Positions 37,331 through 52,099 of a DNA stretch of 64,000 nt are shown in pieces (position 1 is the stretch's first letter; every line of letters begins with the position of its first letter). The stretch is from Octopus bimaculoides (Eukaryota), in contig NC_068987.1 of assembly GCF_001194135.2 (NCBI RefSeq), positions 32,995,729-33,059,728 of the forward strand, written 5' to 3'. Position numbers and translations under genes: made by a program. The notes below the pieces were generated by a model, which made no database searches, was not told where the DNA came from, and saw nothing but the letters and a program-made list of their open reading frames with translations.

Positions 37331-37749
37331 GTTTATACGTATTGTAGATTTTTATGATTTTCTATCTGCAGAATAATAAACGTTAAGAATGTTAGTTCGG
37401 TTGGGTTACAGCTGCCGAGAGAATATCTAGATTTTCTCTGGCGCAGTTATTTTCAAATCGCATTATTTATTTATTTATTTATTTCTCTCTTTCCTTCCCT
37501 CTCTACTAGTTTTCGACTATTCTAGATGCATCCTAAATACTATGCTTCCTTCATATTCACTACCCCACATGCTCTGAATATCAAAACGTTTCATATACCA
37601 GCAGTTCACTCGATATATTTTAATAACCAGCAACGTAAAACTACCTATCTTGTCAAACATATAATATGCAGGAATCCACAGTTGCACTTCACCCGAACTG
37701 ATTCTCAGAAGACAGAATGACTAATTCTGTAAGTGATTTTAGCAGAATA

Positions 37750-37925
37750 CACACGCACGCACGCACACACGCACGCACGCACGCACACACGCACACACAC
37801 ACACATACACAACACTCACACACGTACGCGCGCACACATACACACACACGATACATATGCGTATATGTTTATATATATGTGTGTGTGTGGATGTGTGCAT
37901 GTATATATGTGTATCTTTCTATATA
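37750..37925. repeat. Compound (CA/CG/TA/TG) microsatellite
   Basis: Direct reading. Confidence 0.9.
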
Positions 37926-38634
37926 TAGGTATACTTTTATGTTTGTCTGTTTCTCTGCAAAAACGTGTCAAACATATACAACATGAAGTCAACAATTCAG
38001 GAAACTGAGTAAATTATATATTTCCATGTTTCCGAAAGCTATTTGTTACATTATTTTTGAAAATGAACAATGTTATGTATATAGATTATTCATACAGGAG
38101 ATGATATTTTCCCTGAATACGACCTTGTAGATCAAAAGTGTTTCGAGAAACATCACCTCAGTGTTTACGTTACAGACAATTCATCTGTACATGGTTCCTA
38201 CAGGAGTTCACTGCCTTACATCTAAATGTTTCTCAAATAGGCGGCCAGTCATCGTTTGAAATCCTCTGTTGGATTGAAAAAGAGGATAGGAAACAACTTC
38301 TATTACAAAACATACCCTCGCAGGAAATATATACTTCTAGAAGACATATTTATATTGAATGGGGAGGGTCTCATTGGCCAAAATGGCACTTGGAAAAAGG
38401 GTTGAGCACCAGTTTAATGAATGGTTAGCTCTGGAGAGGTGAAGAATAGGATGAAGGAAGTTGAAATGGATTATGTCCAATTATGTAATTTGAAATGAAA
38501 CTTCGAATGATTCTCATGAGTAGTCAAGTGTAAACTGCGACACCTCAACGGAAAATTAACTTGATTTTATATTAGTAGTGCGGTCTACTTGATGAGCCAT
38601 ATTTCATGCGGCCAACGTTCGAAATAAGATTGAC

Positions 38635-38979
38635 CTGTGGCTCTCAACAATTGAAAATAAAATTATTGACCTGTTTGATTACCATTTTATTCAGGCGGAC
38701 CCCCATAGCCATCCGATGTTTAACAACTCGATTTATAGAGACCTCTTTCAAAATTTGGTTTCCACACATTAACTTGTGTAGGACAAACAATGTTAAATGT
38801 TGGAAAAAGAAACCCATCTGTTTCTTGCAATATCTACCAATACATACATCCAAAGCGAAATTGTTTCAAGGGCTCTTAAAATACTATTGTGGACTCCTAA
38901 TTTATTATTTTATTATGTGACCTCCCAAAATCTTATATGGACTCTCAAGGATCATCTGGAGCCCGGTTAAGAATCGCTG
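38635..38979. mobile_element. Possible hAT (Charlie-like) MITE
   Basis: Right end ggttaagaatcgctg followed by ctctagac (Charlie-type NTCTAGAN target). Left end ctgtggctctcaac is only loosely similar, and the TSDs do not match. Confidence 0.35.
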
Positions 38980-39274
38980 CTCTAGACGAATTATTATTTA
39001 CATGAACTCTAACGAGAAAGTTTCGTCAAACATTTTAGTTTGCCAATGGGTTAATTTCTTTACAAGAGATTCTCCAGTTAAAAACATAATGCAAGACATC
39101 TTTCTTCTATTTATCCAGCGTTTGAGTTATAGTTTGCTGCTAATTTAATTATGTAATGTAGGTTTCAAATTTTGGCCCAAGACCAGAATTTAATTCTGTA
39201 ATATTAAATGAAATATTGGAATCAATTCTGTTTCGTTCTAATCAAATCTGTTATGTTCAGATTCGATTACACAC

Positions 39275-39590
39275 ACTGGTACACCATCGCTTACAAAAAC
39301 GAGTGTTCCAGTTGTTCCGATCAACGAACAGCTTATTCGTAAAATTAACGTCGAAGTGGCTCAGTATTCCACAGACTCACATACCATTAACGTAGTTCTC
39401 TGGGAGATTCAGTGCGACACTGAATGTGACAAGTCTGGCCTTTTGAAATACAAGTAAAACTTATTTTTGCCAACTGTGTGCAGTGGAGCAACGTGAAATA
39501 GTGTCTTGCTCAAGAACACAAAGCACCGCTGCGTATCGAACTCACGACCTTACAATCGGGGGTCGAATGCAATAACCAGTAAGCGACGCT
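39275..39590 (-). mobile_element. tRNA-derived SINE family C
   Basis: Minus strand: gtcgcttactggttattgcattcgac..gtcgtgagttcgatac (B box)..cttgagcaagacactatttcacgttgctcc, followed by a body unrelated to families A and B. Confidence 0.7.
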
Positions 39591-39602
39591 CCTTCATATT
39601 AT

Positions 39603-39671
39603 CGCACACACACACACGCACATACACACACATACACACATATTTGCCTATATATATATGTATATACATCG

Positions 39672-39721
<50 letters not shown>

Positions 39722-39731
39722 ATGTGTGTGT

Positions 39732-39775
<44 letters not shown>

Positions 39776-39780
39776 GTGCA
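39603..39780. repeat. Compound (CA)n(TA)n(TG)n microsatellite
   Basis: Direct reading. Confidence 0.9.
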
Positions 39781-42129
39781 CGCGCGAGTGTTTGAAGGAG
39801 AGGCTGACAATGTTTTTGAAATTTTGCCTGTGATGCGTTACGTGAGTCTGTCGAAGCCGAACAGTTGAAACTAAGTTTCTGTAAAACCTTCGTTTCTTAA
39901 AAGATACATCTTATATACATACTTACACCACTGCGCACCTCTCTGTCTATCTGTCTCTCTCTCACTTTCCGTTTTTCTTTGTCTCTTTAGTTAATGTCTT
40001 AAAGGGTTTTATATGTTATAATACATAAATCTCGCATATTAATGCATAAACGTGGGTTGCACGCGTGTGTGCGTAGTTTTGAATGTGTATTCAAACGTTA
40101 GGAATGTAATATATATAGTCTGAAAGAGTCACATCGTACAATCAGGATATTCGGTGGAATTCATGGCTGTTTTAATTTTCAGAAATTAATATAATTTCAG
40201 ACGAAAATATTGATTTGATACAAACATTATATTTTCTTCATTTTATCATCAAATAGAATTTCAGTATTGATTCCAATTTTCCACTGATCTGATTCCAAGA
40301 TACTGTACATTGGTCTCAAATTCTTCACCCGTAATGATTACCAAATTATGTTACCGGCTTTTAAATTTTTTTTTTAAATGCCTTTATTAAAAAAACAAAA
40401 ACTCATTATGTCTTATTGATTATGGAGAAAAATTTGCAAAAAACTTAAAATCTAAATACGAAGTATAAAACAAATCACAAGAAAACGGAACGAAGAAAAG
40501 GGGAAAAAATGAAAGATCTTTCAAAAATGGAGGTGGATCTGAAACAAGATGTACTGGTTCTGATAACAAATTGAAATATCGGAGAATCTATCGATTGACA
40601 CCCACATTACATTTTTCAAAAATTATATCATGTTCTATAAAATATTCCAGTTTCAGATTTCGAAGGGATCAGAATATTAATACTAGTTTGTTTGCAATGT
40701 ACACCTTCACAGTCAGTATGTTGCCAACTTACCCTCTAAGGTTAGACGACCACCAGTTTTTTTAAATATGCATTGTGTTTTAAATCAAAATTTGCTAAGA
40801 CGCAGTGGAATGTTAGATAAGTTGGAAGACGACAGCAGGTTACGGCTTTCTGTCATAACTAAGCATTTATTTTATGCATTCAAATATTGGCAAGTACACG
40901 AATGATAGCAAATCGAGTCAGTTGGTGTCAGTTAATATGCTTCCATTAAGAAGTCATCTTGGAGTGTGGTCACCTTGTATGACGTCAAAGTTGATACTGT
41001 GCCGCTTTGCGAGGTGAAATGCATTTCATCTAATCTTAAATTTAGAAGATAAATGACGCGTTACTTATAAAAAAAGAGAGATTAAGCTCCATATGTAATA
41101 GCCATACATTAGCTGCAGTAATGATCTACAGTAGTGGTAGTAGTATCAGCAGCAGCAGTAGTAGTAGCAGCAGCAGCAGCAGGCATTTTAGGTTGATTCA
41201 ATATATTATGTCCTGATCATACTCTTCTATATACTGTTCAAGTGGCGAGGTTTTTGGGCGATTTCGTCGGTACCCATTCGATCGTTAACTTTTTTCCTGG
41301 ATTAATACCTCCTGCATTTAAACAGGGGCAATGAGGTTGAAGCAGAAATAGTAGTAATGATAATGCTGATAAACATTTCGAAACTTTCAACTAGTTAGTT
41401 CAAATACGATCGTGGCCATATACATCTGCGAAAACACGATCCAGTCATCTATTGGTTAATGAATTTCTGATGCACGCATTTATGCTTCATTGAAAAATTG
41501 TTTCCTTCCCAGATAAGTAATAAAATAATTTTAAGCAAGAGAAGTGCATCTCATATTCAAGAGGTACAAGAAACGGTATCATTCGTTCATTTGTTATTTG
41601 TGTGAAATTAACTGGTTGTAATCACTAATCAATATCCAGCAGAACAACGACTGTTTATTCTTATTTCTTGTTCTACTATTTACGCACACGTGGCATAAAC
41701 CAGAGAGCCCCCTACGTTTTGATCTTCCAGAAATAGCAGACAAATTTCCTTCAAAACAACAGCACAGCACACATTACAAAGCTTCACATTGTGAATACAT
41801 ATCTCAAGTCCCGCCAATGTTGTCTTTGAAAGTCACCCTTCTGGGTTCGATGAAACAATTTTTTGCGAAATAGAAATAAAAAACACCAACATTTCCGAAT
41901 TTGCAAGGTTGATTTTTTGTTTCGTCTTTCAGGAATCAACAAATCAAACCTGAGTCAAGGATTAGGTTGGGGGAGTTGATCAACTCGACCCTATTGATCA
42001 ACACGACCCTATTGATCAACTCAACCCTTAGACAATACTAAAAGCATTTGGTTATATGGATGTATGGAAAACATCAGAATGCCTGATGGTATTTATTTGT
42101 CTATGTCTGTCTGTCTCTGTCTGTCTGTA

Positions 42130-42231
<102 letters not shown>

Positions 42232-42393
42232 GATAGATATATATCATTCGCACTCCTTCTAAAAAAGTAGTCTATCCATNNNNNNNNNNATATCATTCGC
42301 ACTCCTTCTAAAAAAGTAGTCTATCCATTACTCCAACTGCTGTTCTTGGTCATAATATTTTTGGCGTTGGAGCGGCTAAGATATGTGTGTGTA

Positions 42394-42453
<60 letters not shown>

Positions 42454-42854
42454 TGGTTTATGTCATTTTATAATCCTATGAATTAAGCGATACGATATTA
42501 TATGCATCTTTCCCTTTTTCTATGAGGTTGGGAAGAAGGCACCCTCAAACTGAAGCCCAAGCATGAATGCTTGCAATAGAGTTTACCGTTGCTCTATAGG
42601 TACCCAAGTTACCAGATGTGTGCATTAAAAATGGCAATGGATCAAGTCTACTTCTCAAGAAGAACATCGTAGCATTTGAACATAGAAAGAAACCAACAAG
42701 AACAAATACTACGCTATATCTCTTCAAATGCTTTAACGATTCCTGTTGTTTCTTTTCCCTAAACAAATGATACATAACTGTGTAAGTAATAATTCTATGA
42801 CTGTAGATGCGCGGTTATTTCAATAAAAGTAAAAAGAGAATTGAAGCATAAATA

Positions 42855-42971
42855 AAGTAGCTTGAGGCTACAGTAGATGGCACTTGCCCAACTTTCCATG
42901 CAGTGGGACTGAACATGAAACCATGTGGTTGGGAAGCAAGCTTCTTATACCAGACAGCCACTCCTGCGCCT
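42855..42971 (-). mobile_element. 5' head of SINE family B
   Basis: cagtgggactgaac..aaaccatgtggttgggaagcaagcttct..cagccactcctgcgcct is the reverse complement of the family B head. Confidence 0.8.
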
Positions 42972-43914
42972 ATTCCATCAATTTACCATTCTAGACTGGT
43001 GCTTTATAACTGTCGGATTCAGGAAGATGAAAGCCAAAATTAACTTTACTAAAATATGAACACAGAACCCAAGATATTTGGATAACTACAAGGCATTTCA
43101 TTTGTCATTTTAATAACTTTGGCAGCTCGATTCATGTCCCTAGGTGATGGAGGAAGTAACGCTGCTGTATTAGAGTCTATCGAATCGTTACAACCAGCCT
43201 CACTCTACAAATTTGCTACTTTGTGTCATTCGGAGAAACTATTCTTGTTTTTTTTATATTTTACATTACAATAGATTTGAACAAGGTTAGAAGATAAACC
43301 ACCAATACTGTTTTATAGCATGTGATTTGAAATCCATGCAAGAGTTTCATCGTGGTGTCAAACGGAGCAATGACATCAGTATCGATTCCATTTATTTACT
43401 ACACAGGAATATCTACCATAGTTTTAGCAAGTAGCTCAATGACTCGGTTTCCGTTTAATATATACTTTAAGACCAAGATACTTTATTTATATTTCAATTC
43501 TCTTTTTACTTTTATTCCAATAACCGCGCATTTACAGTAATAGAGTTGTTACTTTCACAGTTATGTATCACTTGTTTAGGGAAAAGAAACGACAGAAAAC
43601 ACAATGCTCGGTTATTTGTTTTCCAACTGAAGTATCTATTTTGCTGGGTTCCCTTAATAAGCATGGACTACTCACGTTTGAGACTGTAACTATTTAAACA
43701 CTGGCATTCTTATAGGTGATATTTATCATTTAATATTCTTTTAAAAAAGGATCTTAATATACAGAGAAGGAATCTACAATAAAATTACACGTAAAGGAAT
43801 GATTTGTTAGATACAACCTTCATCTGTTTATGTTATTAAGAAAGTTGAAGATTCAGAATTAGGAAAACGCCGCTCCTATCAACTATTATTGACTACTGTT
43901 TCTAACATCTAGAT

Positions 43915-43955
43915 GAAGCTGAAGATCGGTTATTTTGTGAACCGAGACTTGGTTT
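43915..43955 (+). ncRNA. Degenerate hammerhead-like motif
   Basis: CTGAAGA (43919-43925) with a TCGGTT/AACCGA stem, but GAGAC in place of GAAAC and no clear stem I or III. Confidence 0.3.
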
Positions 43956-44220
43956 TATCTTGTAGTGAAAATTACAGCCCAATGCCTTCGTAAAACTTCG
44001 GAACCGACAAAGACTGTCTGACAAATTCCCTGTACACCAGACTCGGTTAACTGAAAATATTTTCATAGCTTCCATCTAAGTATGGTTCTTACTCATTTTA
44101 TCGTATAAAGTCTGTATCTATGCTGTTGATATATCAAAACTGACTATCTAATCGCTATCTACAGACTTCCTGTTTAGATCAATCATCGAGTTTATGGCTA
44201 TACTATGGAGATCAATTTTT

Positions 44221-44620
44221 TTCTTTTACTTGTTTCAGTTAACCGACGCCAGAAATTATTCTTTGTAAGACTAGTACTTATTCTATCGGTCTCCTTGTCC
44301 GAACCGATAAGTTACGACGTAAACACACCAACATCAGTCGTCAAGCAATGGCAGTGGGAAATCATAGACACATAAATACATACATGCACACACACACACA
44401 ACACACACACACATACACACAACACACACACATACACACACACACATATATATACGACATACATCTTTCAGTGTCCGCTTAACAAATCCACTCACATGGG
44501 CTTTGGTCGGCCTGAAGTTACAGTAGATGACACTTGCCTAACTTTGTACACAGTTGGATTGGACCTAGGAACCGTGTAGTTGGGAAGCAAGCTTCTTACC
44601 ACACAACCCCTTCTGCGCCT
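44221..44620 (-). mobile_element. SINE family B, near full length
   Basis: Tail (tcttttacttgtttcag), core (ctagtacttattctatcggtctc), internal CA-rich tract and head (gtagttgggaagcaagcttcttaccacaca..ctgcgcct), all on the minus strand. Confidence 0.85.
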
Positions 44621-47549
44621 ATGTTTTGTGTTTTGCGTGACTTTATATATTTAGAAACTAAATCCTATATCTACAAATGCAAAAATAAAAATACAAGTTC
44701 AGATGTACATGACAAAATCTCAGAAGACACTTGATCGGCTAAAAATAAGAGTCATATCTTCATCAAATTACTATCGTTTTTTAAAAAGTGAGTTATATCA
44801 ATTTATTAGATAATATAGGCCAATGTACTCGATGTATTACAAAAAACAGAAGGCGATGACGACTAGAATGTTTCCTATAAAAGGTCTCTCTGATTAGATT
44901 TGAGTAACAACAATAACTAAACCTTGTGTTTGTTCAACTGCGATCAGAGAATATATGTATATTCAGTCCTCATCCGTTGCTATTTGGTTAGAATAATTTT
45001 GTGTTCATTAGATGATCATGCACAAGATATGTCTCCACAGCAAATCTATGTAAATTTTACAGCATCTTCACTTATCAACGACAGATTTTCCCGCCCATTT
45101 ATTCCACATATACTGATTACATTTATTCAGTTATCAGCCAAAGTAATGTTTATATATCTTTAATATCTACATTTTGTTTCACTCATAATGATGACATTTA
45201 AAGTTTCTATCTGCCTAGCTGACGTGTACTTAGTTCCAATGAAGTCGGAACCTACAGACTGTATCTAACCGTTCCATATTTTTATTATCTCCATTTTGTT
45301 GATAGTTGTTCTACTACTTTCATGTCAAACTGTTATAAAACACTAAAATACTATATTTATCATCTATTTATCCATTAACCAAATTTTCACTCCTCTATTC
45401 ATTTTTTCCACCATTGGTTTGAATTTTCCATTACATTGTGACATTCATGATAAAGCGAAACAAATCAACTTAATACCTATCGAGTGAATTCTCATTGACA
45501 AACCTGTCTTGTCACACAACGTTTTCATCGTACGTCAAAGATAAACTTTGAAAATTGTTTCCCAATTTCAGATCGTGACAAAATCTATTTATATTATCGC
45601 ATAAAATCTGTCGTTGATACGTACGAATCAATTTAAAGTCAGAAGAATATATATTTGTTTAGTAGTCTTTATTTGTCTGTATATTCCTTAACGTGTATCA
45701 GTAGTAGAAAGCTCTGTAGTTATTATACACAAATGTCAAACTGCATGCTTTACATTTTGAGTTCAAATCTCGCCGGTGTAATGAGTGTTCTTTTAACGAA
45801 TTTTATATATTAATCTCTGTGTTCACACATGTTTACATACATACATGCATTCTTTTACCGATTTCTGTCATTGGACTGCAGCCTACCCGAGGCACCAACA
45901 TGAATGGATCTGGAATCTACTGGATTATATCGAACCCATTCCTTTCCTTAGATATTCTTTTGTCTATTTCATAAGATAATCAATTGTACAATAATTTGCT
46001 TGTTCATTTGCCCGTTCTACTTTAGTTAGTAAGAGAGGTGGAGGTTGAGTCAAAAAGAGAGTGAGAGGTGAGGAGTGTGAGTAGAGAGGAAAGATACACT
46101 GAGACCAAGTGCATCAAGTGGCTAGTTGAAGAGGCGAAGAGTGAGAGAAAAAGACGGCGAGAGAGAAGAGGAAGAGAGAAGTGTTAACGATGTGTTGTAG
46201 GATAAGGTAAAGAGAATGAGATATGTTTAGGATACAATATTTAGGAGAGGGTGATGTTGTTGTGGTGGTGAAGCTAAAGACAGGCAAATAGAGAAAGAGA
46301 TGGAAAGAGGGTGGCAGTTACATTAAGAGGGAGAGAAAGAGACAGAGAGACAGAGATAATGTTTGTATTCTCAGAGTAGAGATATATTCACAGCAAAAAA
46401 CAGTATATATAAACAAACAGCCAGACTCAAATGAAATCAAATGAGCCTTTTAACTGAAAACCATGGTGATGATGATAGTGGTGTTGGTGGTGGTGGTGGT
46501 GGTATGTTGATAGTGAAAAATACATTTTTCTTGAACTAAAATTTCTTCTACCCTATTCGTTCAAATTTTACCCTTTAGTTTGTAAGAGACGACGAGAGGG
46601 AGTGAAAGAGAAGAGGAAATATGAGAGTGAGTGAGAGAGCAGATAGCCAGTCGATGAATTATTTGAAATGAGGGGTGAAGAGAAAGAGAGAAATGTTAAA
46701 GGTATGTTGAGGGGAATTACACGGTTAAAATGTTTGTTGAAGAGGTAGAGAGATAGGTAGAAATATAAAGTTCTCAGCAGAGGGAAATTTAGAAAACCAT
46801 ATAATATATTATTGTGATTGCATGTGAAATAATTTAGCAAAATAAAATTGAAAATACCAATCATTTCTTCGTTCAATAGCATCTCTTAATCTTTTTCGTT
46901 GACGGCCTTGCCTCCTTGTCTCTCCATATCATATATATATATAGACAGACAGACAGACAGACAGACACACACACACACACACACATATATACACAAACTT
47001 ACACAACCACACACACGGCTACACTCACACACACAGCCACATTTACACAGATAATCACACACACACACATACGTATATCTGCATGTATAATTCATGAAAA
47101 TGTATTTAGAAATGAATTCTGAAAAGTGGAGCTATGAGAGACGTCGATAAAAGCTAATGTTTTGCAACACCTACAATGTGTATTCTAAATGGCACTAAAA
47201 TCGGTCAACGCATAAAGTGCCAAAATGAATATATACACCACCTGAACATAAAAGAATTAATGAAGAGGGCCTTTAAAAAAGCAAAAAACAAACAAACAAA
47301 AGCAAAGCATTCGTACTTTCAACCCAGTGAATAAAAGCAATTTCGACCAAAACGAGTTTAAATATATTAGTAAAAATTAAGTTATGAGTTATGAAAATTT
47401 GGTAAAACTCCATAGCTATTTCAAATTGCTGGTATTTAGTAGAAGCTAACCCTCAAGAGCGCATCAATAAACACAACAATGGCAATATGGCTTGGTAAAT
47501 ATACAAACACTACTTTGTTCAGAGAGAACAAAGAAACCCACGATTCGTG

Positions 47550-47834
47550 TTCAACGTTATTTATATAACTTTGACGTATTTATGTTTTGAAATAGTGTTT
47601 GTACATTTAGAATACGCAAACAAAGATGCACATAGACACGCAAACATACAAAGATACGCATGTATGTCTCTATGGATATAAATATGGATATGCATATAGA
47701 TACATAATTATATGAATATATATANNNNNNNNNNNNNNNNNNNNNNNNNNNNNNNNNNNNNNNNNNNNNNNNNNNNNNNNNNNNNNNNNNNNNNNNNNNN
47801 NNNNNNNNNNNNNNNNNNNNNNNNNNNNNNNNNN

Positions 47835-47870
<36 letters not shown>

Positions 47871-49098
47871 AACCGACATATATACAATATATTCGCCGTT
47901 TCAACATATTTCCATCAAGACTGAGAGAATATATAGCAATCTCATTAAAGCTGCAGTGGGTGGCTGCGAATGTGAGTGCGTTTGTAAGTGCATGAGTGTA
48001 TGTGTGTGTGTGTGTGTATGTGAGTGTGCCTGTGTGTGTGTGCATGCGTTTAGGAATATGTGTGTCTGTATGAATATATATACCTACATATACACACACA
48101 TATATATTTGAACAAGTTCATTAAGGTACATTTAGCAGTTTATATATGTATGCATGTGTGTATGTGCATATCACACACACACACACACACACACACCCAC
48201 CCACATATATATATATATACACACACATACACACCCACACATATATGTGCATATATATATATATATATATATANNNNNNNNNNNNNNNNNNNNNNNNNNN
48301 NNNNNNNNNNNNNNNNNNNNNNNNNNNNNNNNNNNNNNNNNNNNNNNNNNNNNNNNNNNNNNNNNNNNNNNNNNNNNNNNNNNNNNNNNNNNNNNNNNNN
48401 NNNNNNNNNNNNNNNNNNNNNNNNNNNNNNNNNNNNNNNNNNNNNNNNNNNNNNNNNNNNNNNNNNNNNNNNNNNNNNNNNNNNNNNNNNNNNNNNNNNN
48501 NNNNNNNNNNNNNNNNNNNNNNNNNNNNNNNNNNNNNNNNNNNNNNNNNNNNNNNNNNNNNNNNNNNNNNNNNNNNNNNNNNNNNNNNNNNNNNNNNNNN
48601 NNNNNNNNNNNNNNNNNNNNNNNNNNNNNNNNNNNNNNNNNNNNNNNNNNNNNNNNNNNNNNNNNNNNNNNNNNNNNNNNNNNNNNNNNNNNNNNNNNNN
48701 NNNNNNNNNNNNNNNNNNNNNNNNNNNNNNNNNNNNNNNNNNNNNNNNNNNNNNNNNNNNNNNNNNNNNNNNNNNNNNNNNNNNNNNNNNNNNNNNNNNN
48801 NNNNNNNNNNNNNNNNNNNNNNNNNNNNNNNNNNNNNNNNNNNNNNNNNNNNNNNNNNNNNNNNNNNNNNNNNNNNNNNNNNNNNNNNNNNNNNNNNNNN
48901 NNNNNNNNNNNNNNNNNNNNNNNNNNNNNNNNNNNNNNNNNNNNNNNNNNNNNNNNNNNNNNNNNNNNNNNNNNNNNNNNNNNNNNNNNNNNNNNNNNNN
49001 NNNNNNNNNNNNNNNNNNNNNNNNNNNNNNNNNNNNNNNNNNNNNTATATATATATGTAAATATGATGTATATATATATATATATACATACATATATA

Positions 49099-49190
<92 letters not shown>

Positions 49191-49261
49191 AATATATATA
49201 TACATATATTTAAACAGATAAGGCTATATATCAAAGCAGCACACGTAGAGACACACAGGCA

Positions 49262-49306
<45 letters not shown>

Positions 49307-49620
49307 TCCTGTGCACATATCTATCTTTATGCATGCATATGTATCAAAGAGATAACGTTGGTGACATAATCCTCAGAAGATCTCCCCCTGTGATACCTTG
49401 GATAGAGATAATACTACCTCTATCAAAATAGATAACATCATTAAACAGGAAATTTCAAGAACATACGTACGCATGTATACGCGCACAGGTACACAAACAC
49501 ACACACGTACACGCACACACACACGCTCAAGCACACATATATGTGTACATATGTGCATATATCTTACATAAAGAGACAGAGAAAAGCGTATGCATATACT
49601 TTATATGTGTATACATACAT
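47550..49620. repeat. Large mosaic of (TA)n/(CA)n/(TG)n microsatellites with two gaps
   Basis: Direct reading; source of the YI/HT/CV ORFs. Confidence 0.9.
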
Positions 49621-50379
49621 ATATACATATGTATATATGTATTTTTGCATCTGTGTGAGGGATAAAAAGGAAGCGTTCGAAGGTGAATGAATGAATCACG
49701 TAGATTATAGATAATGTACATTATATTACAGCCTTAGGAGCCACTGCACTCTGCTGTTTCTCTTCTGTGATGTGCTTCGCTATTCTGTGCATTTTCCTGG
49801 AAACAAAGACAGACCGATTTTATAGTGCATGCTCTTCTATAACGACTGATATTCGAGAGGGTCCTTATTTAGTAATCGATAAGTTCATACAACGTCGTAT
49901 AAAATGTGGATGTTCAAACTATAATAACATGGAGTGCCTTTTATATCAAACTAAGAAAAGGTAAAAAAAATATATACATTTGTATTCTCTTTTTATCACA
50001 GATTTGTTCACTATGTTCACACAACCTTTATTCGTGTTCGAAAACTTATATCATAACTACTGATAACCTTTGTCATAGGATATCTAATGATGCATTGAGG
50101 TAGCGGTGACTTCCTATTCGAGTCAAAGTGTATTGACTCGTTTACAGTCTACGTCTCATTAACTGTGTATATCACAAGGATTCCTTGCCATTTAGCAGTA
50201 AGCACCGATACCAAAATAGAAAAGAGCTGGGTTCTTTTTGCGCAATCCATGTCACTAATACGGGAGCTGATTGCTAGAATCAGGAATCAGGACATCGAAA
50301 TGAAGACCGTACTTAGTTGATTTTTTTTTTCAGCAGTGTTATACCTTATGTTAGTTGTTTGGGCGATTGACTGTGGACC

Positions 50380-51000
50380 AATGTAAATACGGCTTTAACA
50401 TTTCCAGCAACCATAAAGAGGTTCCAAATTTGGCTGTTATGCATGCGTGTTTTGTTGGCACATAAGCTACACGTATTCTTACTTAAACGCTTACTGTGAT
50501 CTATGCATTTAGCCGGATCACGTGACTGCACCAATGCAACTTTTCTACACCCTATGTGTCAATTGGCCATAGAAGTTTTCATATCCTCATGATATCTAGT
50601 GCCTTCTACAAGTTAATTGAAAGGTACTGATATCCGTATGACCATGAGCGGAACCTATTATGATTGGCAAATGAATTATTCAAATTTTAAGCGAAGATTT
50701 ATTTCATACTTCACTTCAGTGTTATCTCAAATGGATGCCAGTACCTATCTTATTGTAACATGTAATTCGTGTAGACTCAACGTGAGTCAGAGTGATTGAA
50801 CCAGGGCATATCCCTCGCTACCATCCAGGGCAACATTTGTTTCCATTTTGTCTGCTGAGGCCATGAGAAATGTTTCCATATTGTGAGAGGCAAGATTTTC
50901 CGTTAATCCCAACAGATTTTAGTATTAACCTCTCTGAGATAAAAGTTTATCGCCAGTACACGTACAGACAAAATATTTTAGATGACAAAGTAAACTCAAT
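50380..51000 (-). mobile_element. CR1/L2-like LINE RT remnant
   Basis: Frameshifted pieces KSVGINGK, METFL...VALDGS, GICPGSI and LHWCSHV..., resembling the CR1-type RT (GIxGxL.WxxxFL..R.Q.V..G..SGVPQGS; LEYCSxVW). Highly degenerate. Confidence 0.5.
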
Positions 51001-52099
51001 AGTCGTGACGTCAAATATGCTGCACCTGATTATTCCGAGTTCTGAGACGTCAAGCATTATGGACCATGTCCTAAGGTCACCTTGTGATCATGCTTTTCTG
51101 GTAGAAAAGGCCCAAGTACACCACGAAGCAATATGTATGTGTCTCATATTTTTAGCGCCAGAAAAGCAGGTTTTAATTTATATTATTTACGTATGAGTAT
51201 TTAAATTCTGAAAGAATGAATTATATATATATGGAAATGTTGGAATTTCTTTTAAATGTTAAAATTTTATACGACTTATATTGAAAAACATCTGCTTTTC
51301 ATTTTAAACGATAGATGGTATTTGTTGTCATGTAAGTTTATTTCTAAAGAATTATTATAGAAAAAAAAGATATGAACATTTTGTAAGAACATTAAAGATA
51401 CATTTTCATGTAGTTATCTAAATACTTTTAATCTTTCAATAACTCTTGAAATATTTATTTAAAAAACAGAGAAGAAAAGGAAAGAAAAGTAACTACAGGT
51501 CAATTATAAATTTGCTGGTGAAATACATAAATGTTTGGACAGACTTCAGTGTACTCCGCATACACTTTTCAATCAATAAGAAATGATGTAGATCTAAAAA
51601 GATCCGGAGTGGGATTTGAATGTATAACAGGTAAAATACAAAGAAACAGTGTTAAGCAGTCAATACTAGAAGTTACTGTAGGAGTCATTTCATAGATGCT
51701 CAGCTTGCTAGAAATGGCAGCTATATTTCACTTTCAGAAACATACACTTCCATCTTGAAAAGGGAAACGTTCGATATTTTTATGCAATCTAGACTATTTC
51801 TGAATGAAATTCTGAATGATCACGGCTGTAATAATTCCGATTACACGTTGGCTTAAAAGGAGCTAGCATTGTTCTCAACAAAAAAGACACCAAAAATTTC
51901 TATAAGAAAGATAATTGCTACTTATCTAGGGACATCATCAGCAATTTGTTGTGGTTGTGGAGGAGTTAGTCCAAAGGTTCCTAACATTTTCTCTACCAAT
52001 GACCCCTTTTAGGAATGAATTGTCTTCAGGCCTTCTTTTCTCAAAGGTCAGTTTACTTAAGCTGATTTTCTTTGCTAACAGCAAACTCGTTTTACAAGC

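Noticed and set aside
41976-42028. Short regularly spaced repeats as a possible CRISPR array
   Set aside because: The units are contiguous with no unique spacers, there are no cas genes, and the context is eukaryotic.
42240-42328. 39 bp direct repeat (atatcattcgcactcc...ctatccat) on both sides of a 10-N gap
   Set aside because: Typical unmerged contig overlap; assembly artefact.
49732-49960. 229 nt open plus-strand segment bounded by AG and GT (Cys-rich, hydrophobic)
   Set aside because: Weak polypyrimidine tract, no recognisable domain and no partner exons.
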